NCBI GenBank assembly: GCA_043228905.1
Contig: JBHGNT010000003.1
Coordinates: forward strand, 22,258,001-22,322,000
DNA length: 64,000 bases
DNA from: Azolla caroliniana
Taxonomy: Eukaryota > Plantae > Polypodiophyta
Direction of reading: 5' to 3'
The notes under the pieces are model-generated. The model did not search any database and had not been told where the DNA came from. It saw nothing but the letters and a program-made list of their open reading frames with translations. How positions within the stretch are numbered: the stretch's first letter is position 1; every line of letters starts with the position of its first letter. The position numbers and the translations under genes were made by a program. This document shows, piece after piece, positions 23,376-38,141 of the stretch.

Positions 23376-25807
23376 GTTCCTTGAGGAGGGGCGCCGCTAC
23401 AGAGACAACAAGAGAGACTCCGAAGAGGAGAGGGAACGTCACTAATGCCTCTGAACTTATACAAGAGTTTCATCTTCGTTATCCGGGCCATAAACCAAAA
23501 CCTAGTTCATGCATTGCGACTCATGGAACTCATCGTCAAAGGAGGGGATGATGTCACAAAATGTGAATATCAAGGTTTGAACTTGTGAGCTTACACTTCA
23601 ACCATTGCACCAACTCATTTTCATTAATAAATATATTTTCATATTATTATTATTCAAGAACTCTAGAGCACTAGACACATTAGATGTCCGCCAAATGGCA
23701 TGCACCCTGTACGCCAAGTGGCGCACAACATGTATGCCAAATGGCAACCATGCACATTCTGATGTACAGTATATAAGTCGAAGATCTGCTTAGTGTTGAA
23801 CCATTCCGGTTCAACACCAATCTTCAACAACCTTGTAATCTCGGTTTCCGGTAATAAAAATTCTTGTATTTTTGTCTTGTAAACGTTTTCTCGTTTGTTA
23901 TTATCTTCTTTTCTTCCAAATCGACCTTGTCTTCGAAGCTTGGGTCGCGACACTCGCTGGATGAGGTCGGGTGCGTGGATCCGACGATCGTTGAACCAAT
24001 GGTTATCTTCACGGTACTGCATGTGTCGTGGAACCTCAAACCGATTCTGGTACCAAGAGCTCACGTCCTGAAATTGATGGAGCTACTGAAGCAGAAGGTG
24101 GAGATGGGCATCCTCGAACCGTCGAATGCCCCGTATTCAAACCGGTGGTTTATGGTGCCGAAGAAGAACGGCACGTTGCGCTTCATTCAAGACTTGCAAC
24201 CGGTCAACAGAGTGACTATACGAAACGCAAGGATCAGGCCGATGATTGACGAGTTTGCAAAGGCCTTCGCCGGAAGGTCGATCTATTCAGTTAGTGATCT
24301 ATACTCGAGATATGATCAATTTCAACTAGTCGTAGAGAGCCGGGATATTACGACAATGCTGACTCCTCTCAGTTTGGTGCGGATGTGTACCCTGCCGCAA
24401 GGAGGGACCAACTCGGTGGCACACATGGTGAACGGAATGAATAAAGTCGTAAGGGATTGCATCCCGGACATCACCATGCCGTTTCTGGATGAGATCATGA
24501 TCAAAGGATGTCCGGTGGAAGATATGGGGAAATCGGTCGGACCGGACGGGTGCCATAAGTTCGTGGCGGACCACATCGAAGACTGCGAGAAGGTGCTACA
24601 GAGGCTCGAGGGCGCGCGACGCACCTTCTCCGGAGAGAAATCAACTTTCGGGCAATTTGAAATCATGGTGGTCAAACACTTGTGCAGGCCTTACGGTCGG
24701 AAACCGTCTCTGGCGAAAGTGGAAGCCATCCCCGCAATGAAGGAAGAGTGCAAGACGGTTACGGAGGTTCCTGGGCGCATGCACGTTCTACCACATCTGG
24801 GTCACGCATTACGCACATGTCGCGGAGCCACTCTACGGATTGTTGAAGAAAGGACGTAGGTTCAGGTGGACCAAGCAGCATACAGAGTCAGTTCGGAGGT
24901 TGAAGGAAGCGCTAACCGTGGCATCGGCACTTCGGAAAGCGGTTTACGGCAAGGAGGTCCCGATCTACGTGATAATAAACACGAGCCCGACCGGAATCGG
25001 ATGGGTGGTCAATCAGGAGGATGGGAGTGGCACGAGGTTCCCCATTCGGTTTGGAGGGAAGGTACTAAGTGAGTGGCAACAAGGGTACGCCTAGGTTAAG
25101 TGCAAACTCTAGGGTATAGGTTCAGCAGTCAAGGCCGACAAAGACTATCTTATCAGGACAGAGGTAATAATTGAGACGGATTGCCTACCAATCCTCGGTA
25201 TGGTTTCTGGTTGTGCGACGCCGGACCTGACAATGCTCAGGTAAATCGTCTACATTAAGTCCCTGAATCCAGAGATACGGCATATCTCCGGAAAGGACAA
25301 TGCCATGGCCAACATGCTTTCGAGAGCACGGTTCGATGACGAGGACGACATGGTTTCTGAGGACGAAGAAGTCGGTGTGGGCTTCTTCGAGTCGGCTCGC
25401 GTAGCGGCAAGGGAGCGGAGCACCCCGGAAGTTAACAATTTTAACAAGGACGAGTACAATGGGGAGTGGCTCCAGATCGGCAGGTACTTGAGGACGTTGA
25501 TACCGGACGCGGCATGGACGAAGGATGAGGCCAACCGGATCCGGAAGGAGTACCCGTTCTTCCTACGGGACGAGAGCTTATGGAGGCATCCGAAAAAGCG
25601 AAGCAGTATCCCGCTCCGCGTAGCGACAAGAGTAGAGGAACAGAAGGCATTGCCAATGGCGTATCACAAGAGTTCTTGGGCCAGACATCGTGGAACATGG
25701 GCCACATTCAAAAAGTTGAAGGAAAGGTATTGGTAGCTAGGAAAGTATCAGGACGTGCACCAATTCGTGACGACCTGTGAGAGCTGCCAGATGCATTCCA
25801 CGATTGA

Positions 25808-26280
25808 CACCTCGGTTTTAAGGCAAAGAAACTGAACCAAAACGAACCTGAACTGTTTATATAAAACCAAACCAAATCAAACCGTTTATGAACTCTCAAG
25901 TATTTAAACCAAACCATTTAAGAAAAAGTAATCCAAACCATTTAAACCCAAATTGCTTAAAGGAAAAGTTGGAAACTGAACCGAGCCATCTAATAAAAAA
26001 TTTAAATCTAACCATTTAAGTCAAACTAATTTAACATCTAAATAAATAAAACACATGAAATTAAATAAGCATTTAAGTTAAATCTATTTAATCAATAAAA
26101 GAAAGGTTAATTGAACCATTAAATTAATAAACTATTAAGGTTTAAAAAATATTTATAAAAAACCTATAAACTCGAGTTTCAAAATTGAAACATTTATCAA
26201 AAATCCAAACCAAACCATTAGGAACCAATAAATCATTAACCCATGGCTTAACGGTTTGGTTAGGTTCGAGTGAAACTGTG
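25808..26280. mobile_element. AT-rich MITE-like insertion with AAACC/GGTTT subterminal repeats
   Basis: AAACC-rich left end, GGTT-rich right end and very AT-rich interior; it truncates the Gypsy pol. No clean TIR or TSD resolved. Confidence 0.35.
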
Positions 26281-26926
26281 CTCATTGCTAATGATGGGTT
26301 TGGGTGCCCTGAATGGTGGTACTTACTATTACCGTAGAGCTGAAGAAAACTATTTATTTAAAGAGAGTAGGGTAGTTTGGCGCTTCTATGATTTGTGGTG
26401 TAGTGGGGAAGTAAGTCATTAGTTTCAGTCACTTTCAGTGTTTTCATTGTTCGTTTTCTACGACATTATTAAACAGTGTTTCCTCACACTTAGTAGCAAA
26501 AGAGAACAAGAAAAACACGTTTTTCTTCACACGGCATGATAGAATAATAAGGTATAAAGGTTTTCCGTTGATTGTCAACAAGTGTAGTGAGAAGGAGAAA
26601 AGACTGGATAAAGAAGTCCAACCCTAGTCTAGGGCGTACGTGGCATAATAATAACTCTAGTAGTTGAAGATGCGCTTCCTGTTGTTTTCGTCCACACATT
26701 CAATCTCTGCTGCTGCTCATCTGCAGTTAAATAAGCCATCCAAGTTCAGTTGAGTCGGCACTCACAGTAATAATTCGAAGCCTTTGTAGCTAAAGTAGTT
26801 TCTTATTCATAATTTCATACATGCGTGCATACACTGATTCTCTTAATTAATTGGTTTGGTTGATTCCGACAGATTCAGAGATTATTATTACGACTACTAT
26901 TCATAAAATCTATTAGTATCAATTGC

Positions 26927-29900
26927 ATGGATCCATCATCCCAGGATCATAATGAGAACCTTCCACAACCTTACCGCCTCATCTGGACGTACTGGGATAA
27001 AATCCAAGAAGCGTGTGAGAAATCCAAAGCAGAAGCACGCTCCCTTAATCATGAGGAGGAGGTGGAAGGAAGTGGTGGGGATCATCAGCTCTCTCATCTG
27101 ATCGAAGTGTCCAATGTTGAGAATCTCTTCCTCATCGATTCCCAGGGTGCATCCGGCAGAATAGGATATTGGTTACCGAGTAATACAGTTGCTCACAAGG
27201 AGGAAGAACGGACATGGAGGAGCAAAGACATGGTGATTGATTTAGGACGTGTCACTGCGGAACAGAGGATAGAGTATCTTCGGCATGCCGCCAATTTTAG
27301 TGGGGGAGCAGTTCATCTCCTGGATCTAGGGAATAGGATCACCCAAGAGGAGAAGGCGGCCTGGGTGGAGGCTCTCTCTCATGCAGCAGATGGCGATGAT
27401 GCCGCCCCCAAGAGCCTCCTCATCAGTCGCTGTAGCTTCGACTCTTATGATATTCTGAATGCCCTAAAGAAAGGCACGGGCCTCACGCATCTTTCCCTGC
27501 TGCGCTGCCCTATGCGCAGCGCGATGAGTGCATCGAGGTGTTAAGTGGCCTCGGCTCCCTCATAAGCCTCCACCTTCATCTCTATGGTGTGAATGCATCC
27601 CCGGAGTTTGTTGGCAAATTGGCAGACCTTCGTCCCTCACATTCACCCCTCGCGGCCTCCCTCCAGAGGCTGTACATATCTGCCAGATCCATTAATTGGA
27701 GCGAGAGCACATCTGGTTTCCTGCACCACTGGCCGCAGCTCAAAGAGCTCACTCTAATAAGTCTCAATGCAATGACAGAGGAGGAGGTGATCCATTGGAT
27801 GGAGCACCTATGCATGGATAAGATTTCGATGAATGAAGACAAGGAGATCCCTCCATCCACTCATCATTCTGTACCGTCTCATCATCCTGGATTATTCAGC
27901 ATTACCTTAGGCAAAATGTATACAAGACCTAGTCCCCTAAGCCAATCTGCTGTTGCTGCTGTGGTGGATGCGCTTTCTCGGTCCGGCCTTCCGTTCCTTC
28001 AGCTAGTGGGTGTAGGGATGGATCCCGCCATTGAAGCGCAGCTCGAGAGGAACCGGCGCGTGTTCATGTTGGGAGGTCTTGAGACAGTACCCGCTACGTC
28101 CATGCGGCTGTTCATCTGCGGAGATGCATATGCGGGGAAGACGACCCTTCTGTCCACCATGCACTCCATCTATGCAGGACGCACGACGGACAAGTTGAGA
28201 GAGCTTATGTCCAGTGTAGGCATGCAGACCGCAGACCACCGCACCCAAGGCATTGCGGTCCGAGCCATAGAAAAGGATGGAGTCCGGCTCTCGTTGTGGG
28301 ACATGGCAGGTCAAGAAGAATTCCACGCATTCCATGACTCTATGCTGCCTGACATAGGGACGAGCTCTTATCAAACCCCATCTTTGTTCATGTTTGTGTG
28401 GAGTCCCAGAAAGAGCCAAAACAGCAAACCAGGAGAAGGGAAAACAGAGCAAGACTTTGAAGTGAGCTTCAGGTATTGGCTCAAGTTCCTTGCTTCCAAA
28501 AGCCGTCAATCCAACACTCCTCTCAAAGTGATCATGGTATTCACACGTGCTGATCAAATGGATCTCATTGAAAGTTCTTTGACACGTAAAATTGAGTGTC
28601 TTAGGTCCGAGTTTAAAGAAGTCATCCACATCATTAACCCTCCTTTGGAAGAAACATCTGAAAATACTACTTTCGAAGTAGATGCTAGAAAGAAAGATTC
28701 AGTCCAAAGTCTGGCCGAATATATCTTCGGCATTGCCAAGAAAATGCTCCAAGGTGTTATGGTTTACAACATCTGCGCACAAGTAAGCGAACATCTATCA
28801 AAGCACTTAAAGATGTCAAAGCAACGAATCATTCCGTGGTCAAAGTTTGGTGAAATATGCAAGAGTGTACAATCTATTCCAAATCACATTGAAACTAAAA
28901 TATTACAAGGAGTAGCTTCATCTTTGAATGAGGCGGGGATTATCATATATGTAAACAATGTAGCACACATTGTTCTTGATCCCAATTGGTTTTGTAATCA
29001 CATCATCGGAAGGTTGATACATTTTCCAGAGCATAAAGAAAAATTAACGACTATTAAGATTCACGGATCTACAAGTCGGCGTTTCTTAGAGGATGTATTG
29101 GGACGAGTTGCCAAATCTGAAGTCAGTGGATCTATATTGGTAGATTTCATGGAAGCAATGCACCTTTGTTGCAAGGTTCCGAATAACCATGGCATATCAC
29201 CTAGGAAGGAAGATGAGCTCTTTATTCCAGCCACATTGACAAATTCACATCTAGAATTGGAACAAGTCCAATGGAGATCCTCTGCCATAAGCAACTCAGG
29301 GAAATATGTATATGTGGGTAGAAGACTAGAGTGTGAAAACAAAACCCTCACCTTCCTTACACCAGGACTCTTCCCAAGGATTCAAGTTTTATTTAACAAT
29401 GCTTTTCAAGTTAAGGCTAATACTTTTATAAATCTTGGCAAAGATTTCATTTCCATTTATGTGCCAAACATGGAGATTGTTGTGGCATTTTGTAAAGCAA
29501 AATCCGACTATGCGATCGATGTTCTAGTGCGGGCTACTATCGATATTCAAGAGACCTTAGCCTATATACAAGCCAATGTTATGGAATATTTGATCACAAT
29601 ATGTGCGCAACCCACTGGTATCCAAGGAGTTAAGTTGATCGAGAGTGTCATCCGACCTGATTCTTTCTATGACCTATCAAAACCAGAAGAAAGAGAAGAT
29701 CAATGTGTGAAAATTACAACTTTGAAGGAAAATCTAAGAGAGCAGCTTGATCGAGGTGAGAAAGAATGCCATGTTTGGAAGAAGACTAAGCATATGGATG
29801 ATTTAACAACAAATTCCTTAATTGATATCCTTGGTTCAAAGAATTACTATGAGGTTGTCATGTCTCATAGAGCGTGGCTAGAGGAGGTGAAAGATATAAT

Positions 29901-30843
29901 GTTGGTGACGGATGATGTAAATAAATATGGGCAACATGAAAGTCATTCTAGTGTGACCATGACTGACTTGGAAAAAAGTGAAGATTTAGAGAAGGGGCCA
30001 GAAACAATTGTCATCCAAGAGGATAAATCTTACAAGAGCATCTTAACAGAGATTACACAGGCTTTAGAGCTCAAATTTAATTCGGTGAAAGAAATGATTG
30101 TGGCCAATCATCAAGAGACCATAAGGACATTGCATGAAATACATAGTGAGATTACATGTATGAGGGAAGTTGTTTTGAGCAAGGTTCAGAAAGACATTGA
30201 CCAGTTATTGAAGTTTGTTGTGGAGTCTAACGTTGAGAAGCAGCTGCCTCGTTTTGTCGTCCTTAATACTAGTGATGGTGGGAACAACATAATGAAGTTG
30301 GTAACTTCGTTGTCAGGAGGTCATGTTTCATCTGTGAGAGTTGAGCTTTGTTGTGAGGATAGAACATCCCCACACCCAGTGGAAAACCAACCTGGCATCA
30401 CAGTTACTTGTTTGTCAGAGCCTCTAAAAGAGGGATTGGAAAGAGCCCTTCCATATGTGAATATTTTAGTTTGGATGTTGACTACAGCTGCTAAGCTTGG
30501 CATTAAATCAGTAATTCCCCTTGCAGGTGCTTTTGCACCGGCTTCACTTCCCCACTTTAAATTGCCAAAAGAGTATCTTATGATATCTAATGCTATTAGA
30601 TTCAAAACGGATACACGTGCAACATCAAGCATTGCTCACCTATCGCCAACATCAGAGTCTTTCCAAGAATGGCAAAAATGCTTGGCGTTAATATTAAAGG
30701 ACAAATACGGAGGTGCGACAGACAAAATCATATATGATAGGTTCCTTCTCAAGCGGGCCACCTATAAGAAAACAGGTAGTAACCAAGTTGCATGGTTATG
30801 TGACAAACACTATCGAGAACAGACACCGTTCCCGCTAGACTAA
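26927..30843 (+). pseudogene. Intronless TORNADO1-like LRR-Roc-COR (Roco) gene; about 1303 aa if the 5-bp insertion at 27518-27522 is removed
   Basis: Degenerate LxxLxL LRRs; Roc P-loop FICGDAYAGKTT, RTQGI, WDMAGQEEFHAFHD, TRAD; COR VLDPNWFC, FIPATL, VGRRLEC, FLTPGLFPRIQV; coiled coil; TRN1-type C-terminus LPR..VELCCE..PHPVENQPG...AWLCDKH. Confidence 0.88.
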
Positions 30844-31384
30844 ATTATATCTTACTCACAAAGGAGATTTGAAAAAGATAGGCATGATCTCATTTGTTTG
30901 AAATGCCTAGTTTATTTATTGGACATTTCTATGTAATTCTTGAATAAACACATCCGTGCTTACATATAACAATCATTGTTTTTGTACTCTGAATGAGTGA
31001 AGGTTTTTCCTTGTAATTCACCGATGTTTATGCGTATAACAAAGGAAAATACATACCCCCCTCAAATCTCACTAATGCCTCTTGTTGACCCTGTTCTCAT
31101 GTAGTGAGTAGTTTGGTATGCACATATCTGTTTATTTCATAACTTGAGGGAATCCAATGGGGATTTTTAGAATTGAGGGATAATTAAAAGTTGAAACAAT
31201 ACGACCCAAAGTTTGGTGGAAAGCTTTTCATCCAAACATATGCAAACATGAAGTTTAGTCTGATTAAATCTATTTTATAGGGAATTTGAAATTTTGCTTC
31301 ATATATGTAGCCTTATCTAACAAATCAGAAAGCCTTATCTATAAGAATGATCGGGATTCTAGTTGAGATACCGTGATTTGTGAA

Positions 31385-32140
31385 TGATGGGGTTTGGTAC
31401 CCAGAGTTGTAGTACTTCCATAAATTCTTCGAGCAAATAACTATTTGTTCAAAGAGAATATGGTAGTTTCAAGCTTCCGTATTTTGGTGGTGTTGTGAGG
31501 CATAGCAAGTCATTAGTTTCCTTTGCTTTCAGTGTTTTTATAGTTGTGTTACTATGACATTACGTAGTGTTTCCTCACAATTTGCAGCAAAAGAAGAAAA
31601 AATTGGTACACATTTTTCTTCATCCAGCATGATAAAATAATAATCTATAAAGGTTTTCTGTTGATTGTCAACAGTAGTAGTGAGGAGAGAAGACTGCAGC
31701 AAGAAGTCCAATCCTAGTTTTGAGTGTAGCGGCACAATAATTGTAATAGTAGATGTATTTCCTATTCGTTTCATCACCATATCCAATCTCTGATGTTGCT
31801 CCTCTGCAATGTTAAGCTATCCAAGCCCATTTGATAGGTCCAGGTAAGGGGGCCATGTATGGCCAATGTTAGAGTGGTAACTAGCCAAAATGCTTGGCAT
31901 CGATATTGAAGGACAAAGAAGGGGGTGTGACAAACAAAGTCATATATGATAGGTCTATCTGAAGCATGGCAACTACAAGAAAACAAGTTGTTGGTTTGTC
32001 ACAAACATTATAAAAAAAAGGCTGAATTATATTCTACTACAATAATTGAAAAAGAAAGCATGCCATCGTTGGTTTTAAATGCTTGGCTTCAAACTAAATT
32101 GAAATTTCTATATAATTTTTGACCAAACACAAGTATACAT
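31385..32140 (+). pseudogene. Internally deleted tandem copy of the Roco unit (5' flank joined to the last codons and 3' flank)
   Basis: 31385-31825 aligns with 26290-26745. 31885-32010 (aaaatgcttggca..gacaaa..catatatgatagg..aagaaaaca..tcacaaacat) aligns with 30675-30815. Confidence 0.8.
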
Positions 32141-33738
32141 GCTTAGATACATAAGAGATAACTGCCTTGTGTGTTTACCTTACCAAAATCATCAGAACTA
32201 TCATTCTTATCCTCCTTGAACCTTGAGTCAAAATACACTATTTTCTTTCATTAGATGCGGGATTTAAGTTTTGACATAAAGACTATCAAAACTCAAACAC
32301 AAGATAAATAAACATAAACAATACTTGGATACAAGGGAGAAATGCGTTAACTCAAGTTCCTGATTTTATAACGAATGAATAGAGTGACATAGGTGATACA
32401 TTTGGTTAAAAAAGAATAGAACATAGCTATGCATAAATCATTACAAGAACTCATTACAGTGAATAGTTTATACCAATGATACAATTTGTTGGGTGACTCC
32501 ATTGTCTACATGGTCTTGTGTACAATTTGGATTCTCTGTTACCGCATTCGGAAATTGTAGACAAGTCAATAATTATGTTGAAACAACAATGTATGCCAAT
32601 GCCCTTGCATTATTAGGAAATAATATGTCGAGATGTAATTGTAGATAAGTCAATAATTACGTTGAAATATCAATGTATGCCAATATCCTTGCATTATTTA
32701 GCCATTGCTGAAGGCATATGCATACATAAGCCATGGATATTGATTAGCTGATTTTTTATGTGAAACATACCTCAAATGAGGATATAAATTATTTGAACCT
32801 TGAACGAATGTACACAATATTTCCGAGCCTACCTGCTTTGAAGCAAATATGTGAACCTTGAAAAGTAAAAAATGTATATCAATGTGAAATTTTATGAAGA
32901 GACATATTGTCCATCCGAAAATAGGATCAAATCGTTGATGTTTGTTTGATCTTTGATCGCCAATTGTTGTGAGAAATAAAGTTTCAGATTCTCAACGTTT
33001 GTTCTGCAATTGTTCAGGTAAGCATCCTTATGCCACCTAAGGTATCCTTTGAATCCTGACAATATGGATAGTTTATTACTTGGTTTAGAAAAATGGAAGA
33101 AAATTGAGGGGTTAGCAATCAAGCATCAAATCAACATATTCTGTTAGAACAGCAAGCAAATACATTTAAAGAACAAGCAATAGTTTATACAGGGAACATG
33201 GAACATCAAGAAAATTAGATTAGGGCCGGGCCCTTCACAAAATGTCTTGTCCCCAAGAAAAATCAGGGTTTAGGGTTTATGTTGTCTCTACTTTTAAGCA
33301 TAGGGGAGACCCTCAGAAGAGTGAATAAGCCAAATGACCTTTTGTTTTAGCAGTAGGGACTTCCTTGCGATGTTTTTTTACTAGCCTCCAAGAACCACTG
33401 ATCAAACATAAAGACAATACAAAAGGGTGCATTTGTCACACTAAGGGACTGGTATATCGAATGTGGCATACCACCAAATAACAAGCATGTGCTCCCTCAA
33501 GTACCAAAAGCCAAGAAAAGAGCTGCCATAGGAAGAGGCCTTTCAACCAAGTGGTTATGATTGAAAATATCCATTGCAGGAGTCCCAATATTGAAGAACA
33601 TCAAAGATAAAAATGGACATGCTGAAAAGACATCAACATACAGAGTCTCATGCACATACCCGTTGGAAATAAGAATATATTTTATCTCTTTCACAAACAC
33701 AATGCATGCATGCTGATGTATCAAAGTTATGTATAAAC

Positions 33739-35662
<1,924 letters not shown>

Positions 35663-35684
35663 GGCTGAAGGAACACAAAATTTT

Positions 35685-35965
35685 CCTTATGTATTTCTAA
35701 CCACATCCAAAATCAACAATCCAAAGTCTGAAAGAAGTGGCACCTTATGGGAGCTTATTGAATGTGGTGCTAGAAACCAAAGAACATAAGGTACCAAAAA
35801 AACAATGACAATCTTTTAATGTACATATGTTCCTTTATGTATTTGTAACTACATCCAAAATCAACAATGGGAAGTCTGAAAGAAGTGGCACCTCATGAAA
35901 GCTTATTGAATGTGAAGCTAGAAAACAAAGATTCACATAATGTACAAAAAAGCAACAAATTTGAC
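35685..35965. repeat. Tandem duplication of about 148 bp in the 5' flank of protease copy 2
   Basis: acatccaaaatcaacaat...aagtctgaaagaagtggcacc...gcttattgaatgtg recurs at 35703 and 35851. Confidence 0.8.
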
Positions 35966-36249
35966 ATGTATGTATTTGGTCAATAAAAATAATGAAAGCA
36001 AAGGAAACTAATGACCGCTATACCCAACAACACCACCAAGGGTACTGAACTCCATCATTAACAAATCACGCAATCTCAACTAGAAATCCCGATCATTCTT
36101 ATAACTAGTTGTAGGGACAGACAAATCATTTGCTCCAGAAGCTTTTTGATTTCTTACACAACGGCTAACATCTATGAAGCAAAAATTAAAATATCTTAAC
36201 CATGAACCTGAACAAAGATCAGAAATTTTGATGTCACGGATTCTCTTTC

Positions 36250-38141
36250 GGAATGGGTTGTACACTCTTGCAGATTTCACTAAATTTCGACCATGTAATG
36301 ATTCGTTGGTTTGATGTCTTTAAATGATTTGACAGACGTTCACTTACCTGTGTGCAAATGTTGTAAACCATAACACCTCTCAGCATTTTCTTGGCCATGC
36401 TGAAGATATATTCAGCGAAACTTTTGACCAAATCCTTTTTCTAGCATCCACTTCGGAAGTAGTATTATTTGTTGTTTCTTCGGAAGGATAGTTGACAATC
36501 GCTATAACCTCTTGGAACTGAGGTCGAAGTGAATTAATTTTATGCAGTATGCAACTTGCAATATCAGTCATTTGATCAGCGCGTGCGAATACCACGATCA
36601 ATTTAAGAGGAGTGTTGGATTTGCGGCTTTTGGAGGCAAGGAACTTGAGCCAATACCTGAAGCTCACTTCAAAGTCTTGGTCTGTCTTCTCTTCTCCTGG
36701 TCTGCTATTCTGGCTGCTCTGGGGACTCCACACAAACACGAACAAAGACAGGGCTTGGTAAGGGCTTGATCCTATATCCGGGAGCATACAGTCATGGAAT
36801 GCATGGAATTCTTCTTGGCACCCGAGAGCCGAACTCTATGGCCCAAACTTCGATACCTTCCGTGCGATGGGCGGTTCGGATGCCTCCACCAGGCATAAAC
36901 TTTCTCAACCTGTCCCTCTTGTTTCCTGCATAGACTGAATCCATGGTGGATAGCAGGGTCATCTCTTCCCTGCATACACATCTCCACAGATGAACAGCCG
37001 CATAGATGTAGCAGGTACTCTCTCAAGATCTCCTAACACAAACATGCTCCGATTCCTCTCGAGCTGCGATTCAATGGCTGGATCCATCCGCACGCCCCCC
37101 AGTTTAAAGAATGGAAGACCAGATTGCGAAAGTGCATCCACCATCGCAGCAATTACAGGTCTTGGAGGGGGTATATAATCATGGAACCCTAACTCAAGGC
37201 TGTATAATCGAGGGTTATGATCACAGGATACAGAATGATCACTGGTTTCTATGGTGCTGCTACCTTCCTCCTCCTTCGACGATGATGGTGAGGATGTTAG
37301 TTGCTGCATCCAAAGGATTAGCTCCTCCTGCGTCATTGTGTTGATGATTAACAGAGTGAGCTCTCTGAGATGCGGCCAGTGCTGCAGGAAACCCATGCTC
37401 CTACACCAATTAATGGAGAAGGAGAATATCTGCAGTCTCTGGAGAGAGACTGCCAGGCGTGAATGTGAGGGACGAAGGTCTGCCAGTTCCCCCAACAAAC
37501 TCCGCTGATGCAGGCGATGGAATGAGGTGGAGGCTATTGAGGGAGATGAAGTTGCGTAGCACCATTATGCAGTCATGGTTCATAGGGCAATCCAGCAGGA
37601 AGAGATGCGTGAGGCCCTTGCTTTTCTTGAGGGCACTCAGAATAGCAGGAGTGTGGAAGCTACAGCGACTGATGAGGAGGCTCCTGGGGGTGGCATCACG
37701 ATCTGCAGCCTGAGAGAGAGCCTCCACTCAAGCCATCTTCTCTTCTTCACTGAGCAGATCCTGTAGATCCAGGAGATGGACTGCTCTCCTGCTAAAACTG
37801 GCGACGGCCCAGAGGTACTCCAGTCTCTGGTCCGCAGTGGCATACCCCAAATCAAGCATCATGTCTCTGCTCCCCTGTTCTCCATCTTCTTCCTTGCCAC
37901 TCACAGTATCACTGCACGATTCATACTCTATTGAGCGATGTTTACCCTTGCAACAGACGAGGAATAGGTTCTGAAACAGTCAGATGAGACAGCTGATGCT
38001 GAAGCTGATGATGGTTCTTGGAGCCATGGAGGGCCGATCTGGATCTCTCACATGCTTCTTTGACTTCATCTGAATCCCACCACGTCAAGGTGAGGCGGTT
38101 GCTGGTGGGAGGAGGCTCTCATGCTGAGCTCCCCCCTCCAT
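36250..38141 (-). pseudogene. TORNADO1-like Roco pseudogene (N-module, LRRs, Roc, start of COR; 3' part deleted)
   Basis: LADLRPSHS, ERVPATSMRLFICGDVYAGK, FEVSFRYWLKFLASKSR, KKMLRGVMVYNIC align with the 26927 gene. Several frameshifts. 35995-36130 matches the 3' flank at 31320-31540. Confidence 0.9.

Larger units (their letters stand above)
17344..23952 (+). mobile_element. Small non-autonomous chromovirus-derived LTR element (rearranged 5' LTR, 3' LTR 23552-23952), hosting a Copia
   Basis: TG...CA ends with 5-bp TSD CTCGC (17339-17343 and 23953-23957); PPT AAAGGAGGGGATGA before 23552; chromodomain C-terminal remnant NASELIQEFHLRYPGHKPKP (about 23444-23503); 17357-17555 matches 23617-23815. 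Confidence 0.85.
13986..25800 (+). mobile_element. Degenerate tRNA-Trp-primed Gypsy element (5' LTR 13986-14740, gag-PR 14788-16754, pol 16755-25800 split by a nested insertion; 3' truncated)
   Basis: LTR TGTCGTG...CACGACA; PBS TGGTGAACCCGATGTGAA at 14746-14763; CMWCDAISHSRRDC knuckle; RT LPQGGTNSV/FLDE. Colinear with the 56510-63472 element. Confidence 0.9.

Noticed and set aside
26927-27544. 205-aa ORF as a separate gene upstream of the 1101-aa ORF
   Set aside because: The paralogue is colinear across the junction, and a 5-bp insertion explains the split.
32556-32700. Imperfect repeat with a period of about 84 bp
   Set aside because: Two degenerate AT-rich copies with no further structure; an ordinary local duplication.
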